A stretch of DNA of 64,000 nucleotides from Candidatus Liptonbacteria bacterium (GTDB lineage: Bacteria > Patescibacteriota > Minisyncoccia > UBA6257 > 2-01-FULL-56-20): NCBI GenBank assembly GCA_016204335.1, contig JACQKU010000011.1, positions 541 through 64,540 on the forward strand, given 5' to 3'. Numbering within the stretch: the stretch's first letter is position 1; each line of letters opens with the position of its first letter. Made by a program: the position numbers and the translations under genes. Under the pieces are notes generated by a model. That model was not told the DNA's origin and did not search any database. It saw only the letters and a program-made list of their open reading frames with translations. Below, in pieces: positions 41,079 through 50,048 of this stretch.

Positions 41079-41148
41079 AATAATAGTTAGAAATTTAGTT
41101 ATTAAGTTATTGGGTTATTATTGATGATCCGGAAAATCCCACAATAAC

Positions 41149-41553
41149 TCAATAACCTAATTTCCTAATTACATTCTTTTCCAATTTTTCCATTTTCATT
41201 CTATCACTTTTTTTCTTGTGGTGATAGCCCAAAAGGTGCAAAACGCCGTGTATGAGAAGGCGAGACAGCTCTCGGATATCGCCCTTCGCAAGGTCCAAAT
41301 TGAGATAGATTTCGCCCAGTTTTATCCCTCTTTTTTCGGGTTGAGGCCAGTGTTTCGGCTCCGGAAACGCGAGAACATTCGGAGGTCCTTTTTCACTGGG
41401 CAGGAATTTTTTCTTCAACCGCAGCATTTCTTTATGGGGCAATAAAAAAATGTCCGCTTTCTTACGGACTGTTTTGCGGAGGTCAACGGTTTTTAGGATA
41501 TTTTCGGAAACTTTCCGAAGTTTTTTTTCCAGTTGAAAGTTCTTTCGCCTCAT
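41149..41553 (-). CDS. ybeY: rRNA maturation RNase YbeY
   Basis: NVLAFP, LGEIY and HGVLHLLGYHH. Confidence 0.92.
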   Translation of the reverse strand: MRRKNFQLEKKLRKVSENILKTVDLRKTVRKKADIFLLPHKEMLRLKKKFLPSEKGPPNVLAFPEPKHWPQPEKRGIKLGEIYLNLDLAKGDIRELSRLLIHGVLHLLGYHHKKKSDRMKMEKLEKNVIRKLGY

Positions 41554-41557
41554 ATTG

Positions 41558-41977
41558 TTAAAATGGTTTGTACCCGGCTTTGAAAAGATTTGCGAGTGGA
41601 ATGAATCTCGGCTCGGGTATGCTTTCCCATTCTGACCATTGAAATTCCGCGATTTTGTCCGGCTCGTTCACGCTGACTTCGCCGCCGGCATATTCTCCTT
41701 TCATAAAAATGGTGATGTAATGCGTATTGTTGTACTCCGGTGTAATGTCGTTAGTGACATAAGCGAAAGAAAGATTTTCAACTTCTAATCCGGTCTCTTC
41801 TTTAAGTTCTCTTCTGGCGCATTCTTCCCAAGATTCGCCGAATTCCAGTTTTCCGCCGGGCAAACACCAAGTTCCATTTCCGGTGCCGCTCATTCGTTTG
41901 CCAACGAGAACTTTTCCTTCTTTGAGAACAATAACGGCGACACCGACTCCTGGATAGCGCTTACCCTCTATGTTCAT
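41558..41977 (-). CDS. NUDIX hydrolase (NUDT15-like)
   Basis: GGKLEFGESWEECARRELKEETGL Nudix box; PGVGV and NEPDK. Confidence 0.92.
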   Translation of the reverse strand: MNIEGKRYPGVGVAVIVLKEGKVLVGKRMSGTGNGTWCLPGGKLEFGESWEECARRELKEETGLEVENLSFAYVTNDITPEYNNTHYITIFMKGEYAGGEVSVNEPDKIAEFQWSEWESIPEPRFIPLANLFKAGYKPF

Positions 41978-42420
41978 AATTTTTCTTTCACGATTTCGCT
42001 CACGAGTTTGCCGTCTGCTTTTCCTTTTACTTTTTTCATCGCTTCTTTCATCAGCGAATTGAAATCGTTAAAACCCTGATTTTTCAAGTCGCCGATGATT
42101 TTCTCCAGTTCTTCGCGGCTCATTTCCGGCGGCAGATATCCTGTTATAAGCGCGAGTTCCAGCTCTTCTTTCTGAACCAACTCGGGACGCCCGCCTTTTT
42201 TGAAAAGCTCGATTGCTTCTCTCCTTTTTTTAACTTCTTTCTGAAGCGTTTCGACCACTTCTTCGCCGGTAAGCGTCGGCGCCTGGCCGGTGCTTCTTTT
42301 TTCGATTTCGCGATTTTGAATCTGGGCGAGTAAAAACCGCACTACGTCGGTTTTTTCTTTCATGCCGGCTTTCATTGCCTCTTTCAAATCCTGCGTCAGT
42401 TTTTCTTTAAGTCCTTCCAT
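41974..42420 (-). CDS. GatB/YqeY domain protein
   Basis: DLKEAMKAG, KKRREAIELFKKGGR, YLP and KGKADG. Confidence 0.92.
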   Translation of the reverse strand: MEGLKEKLTQDLKEAMKAGMKEKTDVVRFLLAQIQNREIEKRSTGQAPTLTGEEVVETLQKEVKKRREAIELFKKGGRPELVQKEELELALITGYLPPEMSREELEKIIGDLKNQGFNDFNSLMKEAMKKVKGKADGKLVSEIVKEKL

Positions 42421-42520
42421 AGTATAGACCGATCCGAAAAATCCGAATTAACCCGAATGCCCCGAATTCTTAATTTTTTATTCGTATCATTCGGATGCAT
42501 TAGTAGCTTCGGATCGCGTT

Positions 42521-42739
42521 TTACAACAGCCCCAACTTCCTGAGCCGTTCCCGCTCCGCTTTCTTCTTCGTGCGGTGAAGGGCTGAGACCCGCATCCTCC
42601 GTTTGCTGGTTGGTCGGGTGCGGAACCTTCTTTTTCTGAATTCTTTCACGACGCCGCTCTGTTTCACCCGTTTTGAAAACCGGTACAGAAGAGTGCTCCC
42701 TGATTCACCTTCTCGTTTTCTTGATTGTATGGCTGCCAT
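42521..42739 (-). CDS. rpsU: 30S ribosomal protein S21
   Basis: KREGES..LLYRFSKRVKQSG, basic; hit-rpsU-yqeY synteny. Confidence 0.8.
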   Translation of the reverse strand: MAAIQSRKREGESGSTLLYRFSKRVKQSGVVKEFRKRRFRTRPTSKRRMRVSALHRTKKKAERERLRKLGLL

Positions 42740-42742
42740 GTT

Positions 42743-42823
42743 AAAATGCAAATATCAAAATGGAAAATGACAGATAAAAATGTAAAAATTTTGAATTTTA
42801 CATTGTCATTTTGAACTTTGATT
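42743..42823. repeat. AT-rich heptamer inverted-repeat element (family shared with 56140 and 62685)
   Basis: CAAATATCAAAATGGAAAATGACAGATAAAAATGTAAA...TTTACATTGTCATTTTGAACTTTGATTTTT. Confidence 0.8.
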
Positions 42824-42824
42824 T

Positions 42825-43238
42825 TTAATTTTTGATTTTCTTTATACGTTCTGCAATTTCACGGATTGTTTCTTTCGGCTGATTATCGACCACTGAATGG
42901 ATTGAACCGCCGCCGTCATTTTGAAATCGCGGAATGATATGAATATGAAAATGCTCAATGGTCTGGCCGCTCGCTTTGCCCTGATTGATGCCGATTGTAA
43001 ATCCATCCGGCGCAAGAACCTTCTGCAATAATTTCGTCACATTCCTGACTGCGGAAAAGAGCGGCGCAAGTTCGCCTTCTCCCAAATCAAGAATGGTTTC
43101 GGCGTGTTTCTTCGGCATTACCATGCTGTGCCCAAGGGCAATCGGATGAATATCAAGTATCGCGAACGCGCCGTCATCCTCATAAATGATTTCTGACGGA
43201 ATCTCCTTATTGCCGATTTTGCAAAAGAGGCAGTCCAT
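42825..43238 (-). CDS. HIT family hydrolase
   Basis: DCLFCKI and GQTIEHFHIHIIPR. Confidence 0.95.
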   Translation of the reverse strand: MDCLFCKIGNKEIPSEIIYEDDGAFAILDIHPIALGHSMVMPKKHAETILDLGEGELAPLFSAVRNVTKLLQKVLAPDGFTIGINQGKASGQTIEHFHIHIIPRFQNDGGGSIHSVVDNQPKETIREIAERIKKIKN

Positions 43239-43245
43239 AATTTTA

Positions 43246-43354
43246 GAAATTGGTTGTTAGAAAATAGATATTGGTAATGTAAAATGGAAATTAGAAATTA
43301 ATTGATTTTCTATTTTCCAGTTTCTAATTTCTATTACTATTTTCCAATTTCCAA
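43246..43354. repeat. Heptamer inverted-repeat element (family shared with 54844-54932)
   Basis: GAAATTGGTTGTTAGAAAATAGA...TTTCTATTACTATTTTCCAATTTCCAA present at both loci. Confidence 0.85.
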
Positions 43355-43376
43355 AAGCAATTTTCAAGGCGCGCTT

Positions 43377-44693
43377 TTAATGACTCTTTAGTCGCTTCCT
43401 GACTTCATCGACGATTGTATCTATGCGGACGCTTTCCTGCAAGTGGGTCTCCAAATCGCGTATGATGATGCTCTGTTCGAAAATTTCTTTTTGGCCGAAA
43501 ATCAACGCAAGCCGCGCGCCTTCGCGGTCAGCGAGACGCAATTGAGTTTTCAGCGAATCGCGTCCAAGCGCTTCAGTCGCGGAAATCCCCGCCGAGCGCA
43601 ATGATTCGAGAAGATTCAAAGATTTTTTCTTGGCGAGTTCGCCGACATGAATAAGAAACACTTTTTTATGGACTCTCGGCGGCGCCTCAAGCCCCTGCGC
43701 TTTCATTACGGAAATCAGCCGCTCGATGCCCACTGCGGCGCCGATTGCGGGAGTCATCCTGCCCCCGAGCATCTCGATGAGATAATCGTATCTTCCTCCG
43801 GCAGGAAGCGCGCCGAACTCCGAGCCGGGCCCCTCCACGAAAAATTCAAACACCGTGCGATTATAGTAATCGAGGCCGCGCACCAGCGCGCTGTCTATCG
43901 AATACGGCATCTTCAGTTCCTCGAGATATTCGAGAACGCTTTTGAAATGGGAACTGCAGCCGTTGCAAAGCTTGTCGAGAAAATTCGGCGCATCCGCTTT
44001 GAATTGCTGGCAGTTATCGTGTTTGCAATCGAGCAATCGAAGCGGGTTTGTCTTCAGACGGCGCTGGCAGTCCGTGCAAAGTTTTTTCTCCTTGTTTTTG
44101 TAATAACTTTGAAGATGCCGCTTATAATTCGGACGGCAGATTCGGCATCCGATAGAATTGATTTTTAAAACGATATTCTTGATTTTGAGATTTTTCAGAA
44201 GCCGGTCGCACAGCAAAATTATCTCGGCATCGTAAATCGGGTCATTCGAGCCGCCCATTACCTCGAATCCGATTTGCGTGAATTGCCGAAACCTGCCGGC
44301 CTGGGGACGTTCGTGCCTGAACATCGGTCCCCGATAAAAAAATTTTTGCAGCGAAGCGGTTCTGCCGAGATGGTGTTCGAGATACGCTCTTGCAATGGGA
44401 GACGTGCCTTCCGGCCGAAGCACCAGACGGTCTTCGCCCTTGCTTTTCACAAAATACATTTCTTTTCCAACCATATCGGTCTCTTCCCCAACGCCGCGTT
44501 CAAAAACCGACGCGTATTCCAAAATAGGCGTCTCGATGCGGTTGAAATTGTAAAATCCGGCGAGCTCGTTCACTTCTTTCGAAATTTTGTCCCACCAAAT
44601 TTGCTCGGAAGGCAGTATGTCCCGCATTCCCCTCGGCGCGCGAAGCTCTTCTTTGGAAATTTTCTTGTTTTTACTTTTAATTTTTTTTCTCAT
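43377..44693 (-). CDS. hisS: Histidine--tRNA ligase
   Basis: PRGMRD, LRPEGT, FRHERPQAGRFRQF, LVRGLDYY and GGRYD. Confidence 0.97.
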   Translation of the reverse strand: MRKKIKSKNKKISKEELRAPRGMRDILPSEQIWWDKISKEVNELAGFYNFNRIETPILEYASVFERGVGEETDMVGKEMYFVKSKGEDRLVLRPEGTSPIARAYLEHHLGRTASLQKFFYRGPMFRHERPQAGRFRQFTQIGFEVMGGSNDPIYDAEIILLCDRLLKNLKIKNIVLKINSIGCRICRPNYKRHLQSYYKNKEKKLCTDCQRRLKTNPLRLLDCKHDNCQQFKADAPNFLDKLCNGCSSHFKSVLEYLEELKMPYSIDSALVRGLDYYNRTVFEFFVEGPGSEFGALPAGGRYDYLIEMLGGRMTPAIGAAVGIERLISVMKAQGLEAPPRVHKKVFLIHVGELAKKKSLNLLESLRSAGISATEALGRDSLKTQLRLADREGARLALIFGQKEIFEQSIIIRDLETHLQESVRIDTIVDEVRKRLKSH

Positions 44694-44805
44694 TTGTAAT
44701 TGTAAGATGATACTAATATACAAATTTTACTAATGATACAAATAGATACGAATTCGCATTATTCGTATCATTCGCATGCATTTGTATATTGGCATCTATA
44801 TTTTT

Positions 44806-45372
44806 CTAATACGACGGCGCGGCGAACACTTGAAGCGAACTCGGCGGCCAAAGCCGGAATTGAACCAACCCCACAATTTCTCCGGCTTTCAGCACTCCCC
44901 AATTTCTCGAATCAAAACTGTAAGCGCGGTTATCTCCCAAAACAAAATAGCTGCCGTCCGGTATTTGAAACTCTCCTTCTCCCGCGGTATTCGTTCCTCC
45001 GGGGAGATACTTCTCGTCGAGCGCAAGGCCATCGGGATGTTCTTTATTGAAAACCGTCACGCGGCCCCCTTTTAGTTTAATCCGCTCTCCCGACAATCCG
45101 ACAATTCTTTTTATAAAATATTGCGGAGCTGATTCGTATTTTGGATAACGGAATACGATGACTTCTCCTCTTTCCGGTTGCCGGAAACGATACGTCACTT
45201 CATCGACCAAAAGATAGTCGCCGTCAGAGAAATTCGGAATCATGCTCGACCCGCTCACCAAAAACGGCTGTACAAGAAAACTTCGGATAAGAAACACCGC
45301 TCCGAACGCGACCACAACCACTTCGATTACTTCAAGAAACGACGCGAGAAATTGTCTCATAATGGGCTTCAT
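44806..45372 (-). CDS. lepB: Signal peptidase I
   Basis: SGSSMIP, FIKRIVG and GDNRAYSFDSR. Confidence 0.95.
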   Translation of the reverse strand: MKPIMRQFLASFLEVIEVVVVAFGAVFLIRSFLVQPFLVSGSSMIPNFSDGDYLLVDEVTYRFRQPERGEVIVFRYPKYESAPQYFIKRIVGLSGERIKLKGGRVTVFNKEHPDGLALDEKYLPGGTNTAGEGEFQIPDGSYFVLGDNRAYSFDSRNWGVLKAGEIVGLVQFRLWPPSSLQVFAAPSY

Positions 45373-45529
45373 TGTATACTAGTAAAATAAGGAATTCAAG
45401 TAGGAGCTTCGAAATTACGAAATTTTGCGAATATGCGAATGATATCCGTAAGCGAAACCGCACAAAAAATTCGCGAACCGGTTTTTGGAAAATTCGTATT
45501 TTCGCGTTGATTCCTGATTTCGCATCCCA

Positions 45530-46138
45530 ATGACCAAAGAACTTTCGGACATCAAGCTTCTTATCGGATTGGGCAATCCGGAAAAAGCATACGAAAATAC
45601 CTACCATAATGCGGGAAGGTTGTTCGCCGACTGGCTTTTAAAAACATTGTTTCTGTTGCCGGACGCCAAATTTCGGAAGCCAACCGCGCCGAAAAATTTC
45701 GAGTATCTGAAAACGGAATATGCCGTTTTCGCGAGACCGCTTCTTTTTATGAACGAAAGCGGCGCGGCGGTTCAGGCGGCGTTAAAATTTTTTAACGCCG
45801 GGCCGGAAGAACTCCTCGTCATCCACGATGACAGCGATATCGAACTGGGCAGTTACAAAATTTCTTTCGGCCGCGGAGCCGGAGGGCATCGCGGAGCAGA
45901 GTCAATCATCCGGAAGTTGAAAACAAAAAAATTCTGGAGAATTCGAATCGGCATCCGCCCTCCGGCCGCTGATAAACGCAGATTAAAAAACGATATCAGC
46001 GAGAATCTGCGTAGTAATCTGCGAGAATCCGCGACGCGAGCGAAAGCGAGCGAGATTGTGCTCAAAAAAATAAGCCGTGCGGACGAAAAAATACTTGATT
46101 CGACGTTTCGGGATATTCAAAAGAAATTTTTCGAATAA
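45530..46138 (+). CDS. pth: Peptidyl-tRNA hydrolase
   Basis: GLGNP, TYHNAG, FMNESG, HDD, GGHRG and RIRIGI; repeat-derived insertion at about 45966-46033. Confidence 0.93.
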   Translation: MTKELSDIKLLIGLGNPEKAYENTYHNAGRLFADWLLKTLFLLPDAKFRKPTAPKNFEYLKTEYAVFARPLLFMNESGAAVQAALKFFNAGPEELLVIHDDSDIELGSYKISFGRGAGGHRGAESIIRKLKTKKFWRIRIGIRPPAADKRRLKNDISENLRSNLRESATRAKASEIVLKKISRADEKILDSTFRDIQKKFFE

Positions 46139-46192
46139 TGATAACGCGATGCGCCTTCAATAATAAAGCAATGGTCGGCGGTAATCGCCCAG

Positions 46193-46222
46193 CGAGCCGC
46201 TATGACGCGTCATAGCGGCTCG
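46193..46222. repeat. Perfect 30-bp palindrome between convergent genes
   Basis: CGAGCCGCTATGACGCGTCATAGCGGCTCG. Confidence 0.9.
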
Positions 46223-46247
46223 GCTCAAGCGCAACGAGAATTAGGAT

Positions 46248-47798
46248 TTACTTCTTTAACGCAAAGTTTACGATGAAAGATAACCCTTCGTTTTTCGGCT
46301 GGATATCCGAAAGCGGAAGATTGACCGAATCGAACGCAGGGTCCGCCGCCAAGGCGTTTTTAAAATTCAACAATATATCCCGCGATTTTACCCCGCCGCT
46401 CAATACCGCCGGCAGGCCGCCCGCCTGGAGATGCAACCTGTCGAGTGTCAGCCCGCCGGAGTTCATCAATGAACCGATTTTATCGGCAAGAAGCGTCTTA
46501 GGCTTCAACGAACCCTGAGTGGAAGAAACGAACGAAACCAAACGATTGAATTCGTCTATTTGGCTTTTGAGAGAACCTATCTCCTCCGTCCGTTTTTCGT
46601 TCATGGAAAAAGACGATTGCGACTCCAAGGAATTACGCAGGTTAACCAAAGACAAATACGATATGACAAGCGCAGCAAGAAGAATACCCAGCAAAGAGGG
46701 CGCCAATAGTTCCCAGAATTTCAAAAAATCCATTATCTGCAGCCGGCGGAATTCCTCCTGAACCGTGATGCCGAGAAGATTGATGTCGCGGTCTTTGGAA
46801 CGGGGTATATCGGCCCGGAGCGCGCCCCCGACGACCTCAAACAATTCCCTTCCGACCGGCTGGTCGAGTTTTAATTTCAGTTCTCTTACGGCCAAGGAAA
46901 AATTTTCCTTTATAATTTTGGAAATCTCTTCTGCAAAGCTGTTTGTCAAAAGAAACGCTCCCGTAAGCGGTTCGGGCCACTGGCTACCGTAAAAATTAAG
47001 AACTTGATGAAGATTCCGCTTGACAGCCGCTTCGAAATCCTGCCAAGAAATCTGCTTAGTGTCTCCCTGAATATCTTTCCATGAATTAAAATACTCGAAA
47101 TGAAGCTGTCCCCGCCGGATAATTAAAAACTGGAGTCCGCGATTATCAATGCTAGCCAGGAGATAAAACTTGTCTGGTTCGAATCCAGCCCCCTGTTCGC
47201 GCAACAAACGGACGAGAGACAATGCTCCCGTTTCCATTGCAATCGGAAAGAATCCGGCCTCTTTCAATAAACCGCTTGTCCGGTCAACGAACGTTTTATT
47301 CGCAAACGCGGTTAAAATCTCAAGCTTCGACTCGCTTTGATTCCTGTCGACGGGCTGCCAGCCGGAATACGCCTGCGAGAGTTCAATGGGGGAAATCATC
47401 TTGATATTCAGCCGAACCGCCTCTTCAAGGTTCTCTCCCTCAATCAGCGGCAGGGTGAACGCCTGGATATAAATACGCGTAGAACTCAACGTCGCGACCA
47501 CATTGATAAGTTTTCCTTGATGAAAATCGGCGGAAATTTGTTCGCGTAAACTTCTTAATGCTTCAACCAGCTGTTCCCGGTTTTTCACTTCTCCGCTCTC
47601 AATAATTCCGGGCGGCAGACGAATACCCGCCACATGGAGCGCTTTGTCTTTGAAATAGGCGAAGCGAAGCGCCGTGTCGGAAATCTCAAGGCCTCCGATT
47701 TTCGTTCTCGCTTGCAGGAACGATAATATTTTCTCCGATATATTTTTTACCTGTATCGGAATTTTTATATCTATCTTGTTAGAGATGCGATAAAGCAT
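46248..47798 (-). CDS. pilM: Type IV pilus assembly PilM-like protein fused to a PilN-like domain
   Basis: GGLEISDTALR actin-like start, INLL followed by a TM helix and a C-terminal periplasmic domain; pilus locus. Confidence 0.7.
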   Translation of the reverse strand: MLYRISNKIDIKIPIQVKNISEKILSFLQARTKIGGLEISDTALRFAYFKDKALHVAGIRLPPGIIESGEVKNREQLVEALRSLREQISADFHQGKLINVVATLSSTRIYIQAFTLPLIEGENLEEAVRLNIKMISPIELSQAYSGWQPVDRNQSESKLEILTAFANKTFVDRTSGLLKEAGFFPIAMETGALSLVRLLREQGAGFEPDKFYLLASIDNRGLQFLIIRRGQLHFEYFNSWKDIQGDTKQISWQDFEAAVKRNLHQVLNFYGSQWPEPLTGAFLLTNSFAEEISKIIKENFSLAVRELKLKLDQPVGRELFEVVGGALRADIPRSKDRDINLLGITVQEEFRRLQIMDFLKFWELLAPSLLGILLAALVISYLSLVNLRNSLESQSSFSMNEKRTEEIGSLKSQIDEFNRLVSFVSSTQGSLKPKTLLADKIGSLMNSGGLTLDRLHLQAGGLPAVLSGGVKSRDILLNFKNALAADPAFDSVNLPLSDIQPKNEGLSFIVNFALKK

Positions 47799-47905
47799 AT
47801 TTTTATAAATTATATAATGTCTGCTTGCGCATAACGGGATTCATCCCCTTAGAGAACGTTCGCTCAAAGCGACCGCAACTAATCTGTTTAAACAGAACTT
47901 GACGT

Positions 47906-48424
47906 TTAAAGAACCAGTAATCGCCACGACATAACATCGACCTTGCTCGTAGCGCCGTTTATTGAAACAATAACCTGAATTTTCCTTTGCCGAAAGAATA
48001 CTGTGGCGCTCGACACAATGGTTGCCTGGCCCGATACCGGAGCGTTCTGATTTACGGTAACGCTTGCCGAATCGCTGCCAACCGGAACCGAGTATGGCGT
48101 CGCGGCGAAGAAATCTTTGTTCCGCGCCAACTGCATCAATCCGTCTTCGGCGCCCGCCGAAGCGAGCGCCAGCGCCCGGTTTGCCGCCTGAAACCCGTAG
48201 CCGGAATTCAAAAAACTCGCCGCAAGAAACGCAAGTGTGGCTCCTATCGAAACAATAATCACGCCAATCAAAAATACAAAAGAGAGGACGGCCTGCCCCC
48301 TTCGGGGATATAGAAGCGAAAGGGTGCGAATATTTCTGCGAAATTTTGCGAATTTCTTTTTACTGGTTGAAACAAATTTTGACATTTGCTCTGCTTTATT
48401 TGAAATAATACCATACCAGTTCAT
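47906..48424 (-). CDS. Minor pilin-like (PilX-type) protein; start may be 48385
   Basis: RRGQ followed by a hydrophobic helix and ALASAGAEDGL. Confidence 0.7.
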   Translation of the reverse strand: MNWYGIISNKAEQMSKFVSTSKKKFAKFRRNIRTLSLLYPRRGQAVLSFVFLIGVIIVSIGATLAFLAASFLNSGYGFQAANRALALASAGAEDGLMQLARNKDFFAATPYSVPVGSDSASVTVNQNAPVSGQATIVSSATVFFRQRKIQVIVSINGATSKVDVMSWRLLVL

Positions 48425-48469
48425 TTTCGCATATATTCGCGCTTAGTTTCGCGCCATTTCGCTTCTACA

Positions 48470-49354
48470 TTAGGGGCTCCAATTGACGATGACATCGTCA
48501 ACGCGCGGGGTCAGTTGTTGCGCGTAATCGGAAACGAGCGTCACCCGATACCGGAAATAGCGGCGGTTATTATGGAGAGTATAATCGAGCCGCAAAGAAA
48601 GGTCCGGGCCGGTATTGTAATATGTGCCGCTGGTTCCGTCCGCGCCCACAAACGTCCACGGACCGCTTGAAGCATTGCTTGTCGCGAACTGGAAACGAAC
48701 CGCGGTGCCGGACGGCAAATTGCCGCGCCACAATACGGAATTAAGCTGGGCGCCGTTCGTCGCGCCTGTGTCGTATGTGCTCGAATCAAGATAGCCGGTT
48801 GTCGTGGTAGCCGTCCAACTGGAAAGCACTCTGAAATTGGATGCGGCGCAACCCCCGACATTATCGCAGTTGAAACTGAGCCAACCCATCGCGTCATTCC
48901 AAGCGTAATTCTGAAAATTGCCGCCTCCGTCAATATACGCCCGATAGTTCGACTGGCCGCAACCGCTATTGTTGTTGCAGTCGAAACTTATCCAGCCGTA
49001 CTGGTCATTCCAGCCCCAACCCGAAAGATTCCCAATAAAATCATTCGTCACCTGATAATTGCCGTTGCCCTGGGAACAAATGTCTCCGTTTCTCGTAGTA
49101 TGGCAGTCAAGAGAAATATCGCCCACCGAAGAACTCGCATAGCCGGTTAAATTTTGCGGACCGACTGTTATCGACTGGGTGTTGTAAAAATCCATCCAGC
49201 CGACAAGGTCGTTCCAAGCCCAGTGGGCGGTTGTCGTGGCGCTTATGTTGGTCGCGGACTCGGCAACATTCGCAAGAATAAAAATATTCAGCGTAGCGAC
49301 AACGAGCAAGAACGCGATGCCGAAAGAATTTTTGAAAAAAGATTTTTTGCGCAT
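48470..49354 (-). CDS. Secreted pilus-associated protein with WAWND/GWISF repeats
   Basis: Signal/TM helix; repeated AWND..GW.SF.C units. Confidence 0.75.
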   Translation of the reverse strand: MRKKSFFKNSFGIAFLLVVATLNIFILANVAESATNISATTTAHWAWNDLVGWMDFYNTQSITVGPQNLTGYASSSVGDISLDCHTTRNGDICSQGNGNYQVTNDFIGNLSGWGWNDQYGWISFDCNNNSGCGQSNYRAYIDGGGNFQNYAWNDAMGWLSFNCDNVGGCAASNFRVLSSWTATTTTGYLDSSTYDTGATNGAQLNSVLWRGNLPSGTAVRFQFATSNASSGPWTFVGADGTSGTYYNTGPDLSLRLDYTLHNNRRYFRYRVTLVSDYAQQLTPRVDDVIVNWSP

Positions 49355-49386
49355 ACTGCTTACTGCCTGCTACTTACTGCCAATAA

Positions 49387-50007
49387 CTAGAACTGTATTA
49401 CAATCGAGCCGGTAGTCGTTGAGTAATTAATCTGAGAAGACGTTGAGAATTGATTATTAACGGTGCTTGCCGGCCCGTCCTGCCCGGGGCCGCCCGACCA
49501 GTCGGTTTGGCTGAACGCATTATTCATAAAACGAGTCAGATACGTCTGAATGCTGCTTGTCGTTCCATTCTGCCAACCGTAAACTACCGTAATTTTTTGA
49601 GTCGAAGGGTCGTCGACGCCTCCGGTTGAGATAATATTGCCGCTTGCGTCGCGGCCGACGTTGTTTATGTAAAAATAGCGCGTGTAGGTCGTGGTTGAAA
49701 CAGCTATTGTCTCTTCGCCTGCCACGGCGGCAAACGGCGATGTGCTGGTGGTAAGATGATAGCGATTGGACTGCCCTTTGTTCAAATCATAAATAATGCG
49801 CCAATCGGCCTCGCTCGAAACACGGACGTTTTCCAGAAGTTCCTTTCCGATTGCGGCGCCGACCTGAATTCTATTTGCCTGTGCATTTGAACGCAGTGAG
49901 GGAATAATGATGCTTGTCGCGCCGATTATAAAAATCGAACCGACCGCCAAGGCAATAAGAATCTCGACAAGGGACTGGCCTTTTTCAGAACACGGAAATT
50001 TTCTCAT
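49387..50007 (-). CDS. Prepilin-type minor pilin (PilV-like)
   Basis: KGQSLVEILIAL cleavage motif. Confidence 0.85.
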   Translation of the reverse strand: MRKFPCSEKGQSLVEILIALAVGSIFIIGATSIIIPSLRSNAQANRIQVGAAIGKELLENVRVSSEADWRIIYDLNKGQSNRYHLTTSTSPFAAVAGEETIAVSTTTYTRYFYINNVGRDASGNIISTGGVDDPSTQKITVVYGWQNGTTSSIQTYLTRFMNNAFSQTDWSGGPGQDGPASTVNNQFSTSSQINYSTTTGSIVIQF

Positions 50008-50048
50008 TGCTTTGATAATTATATTGCTGTTATTCCGCCCGTTATTCC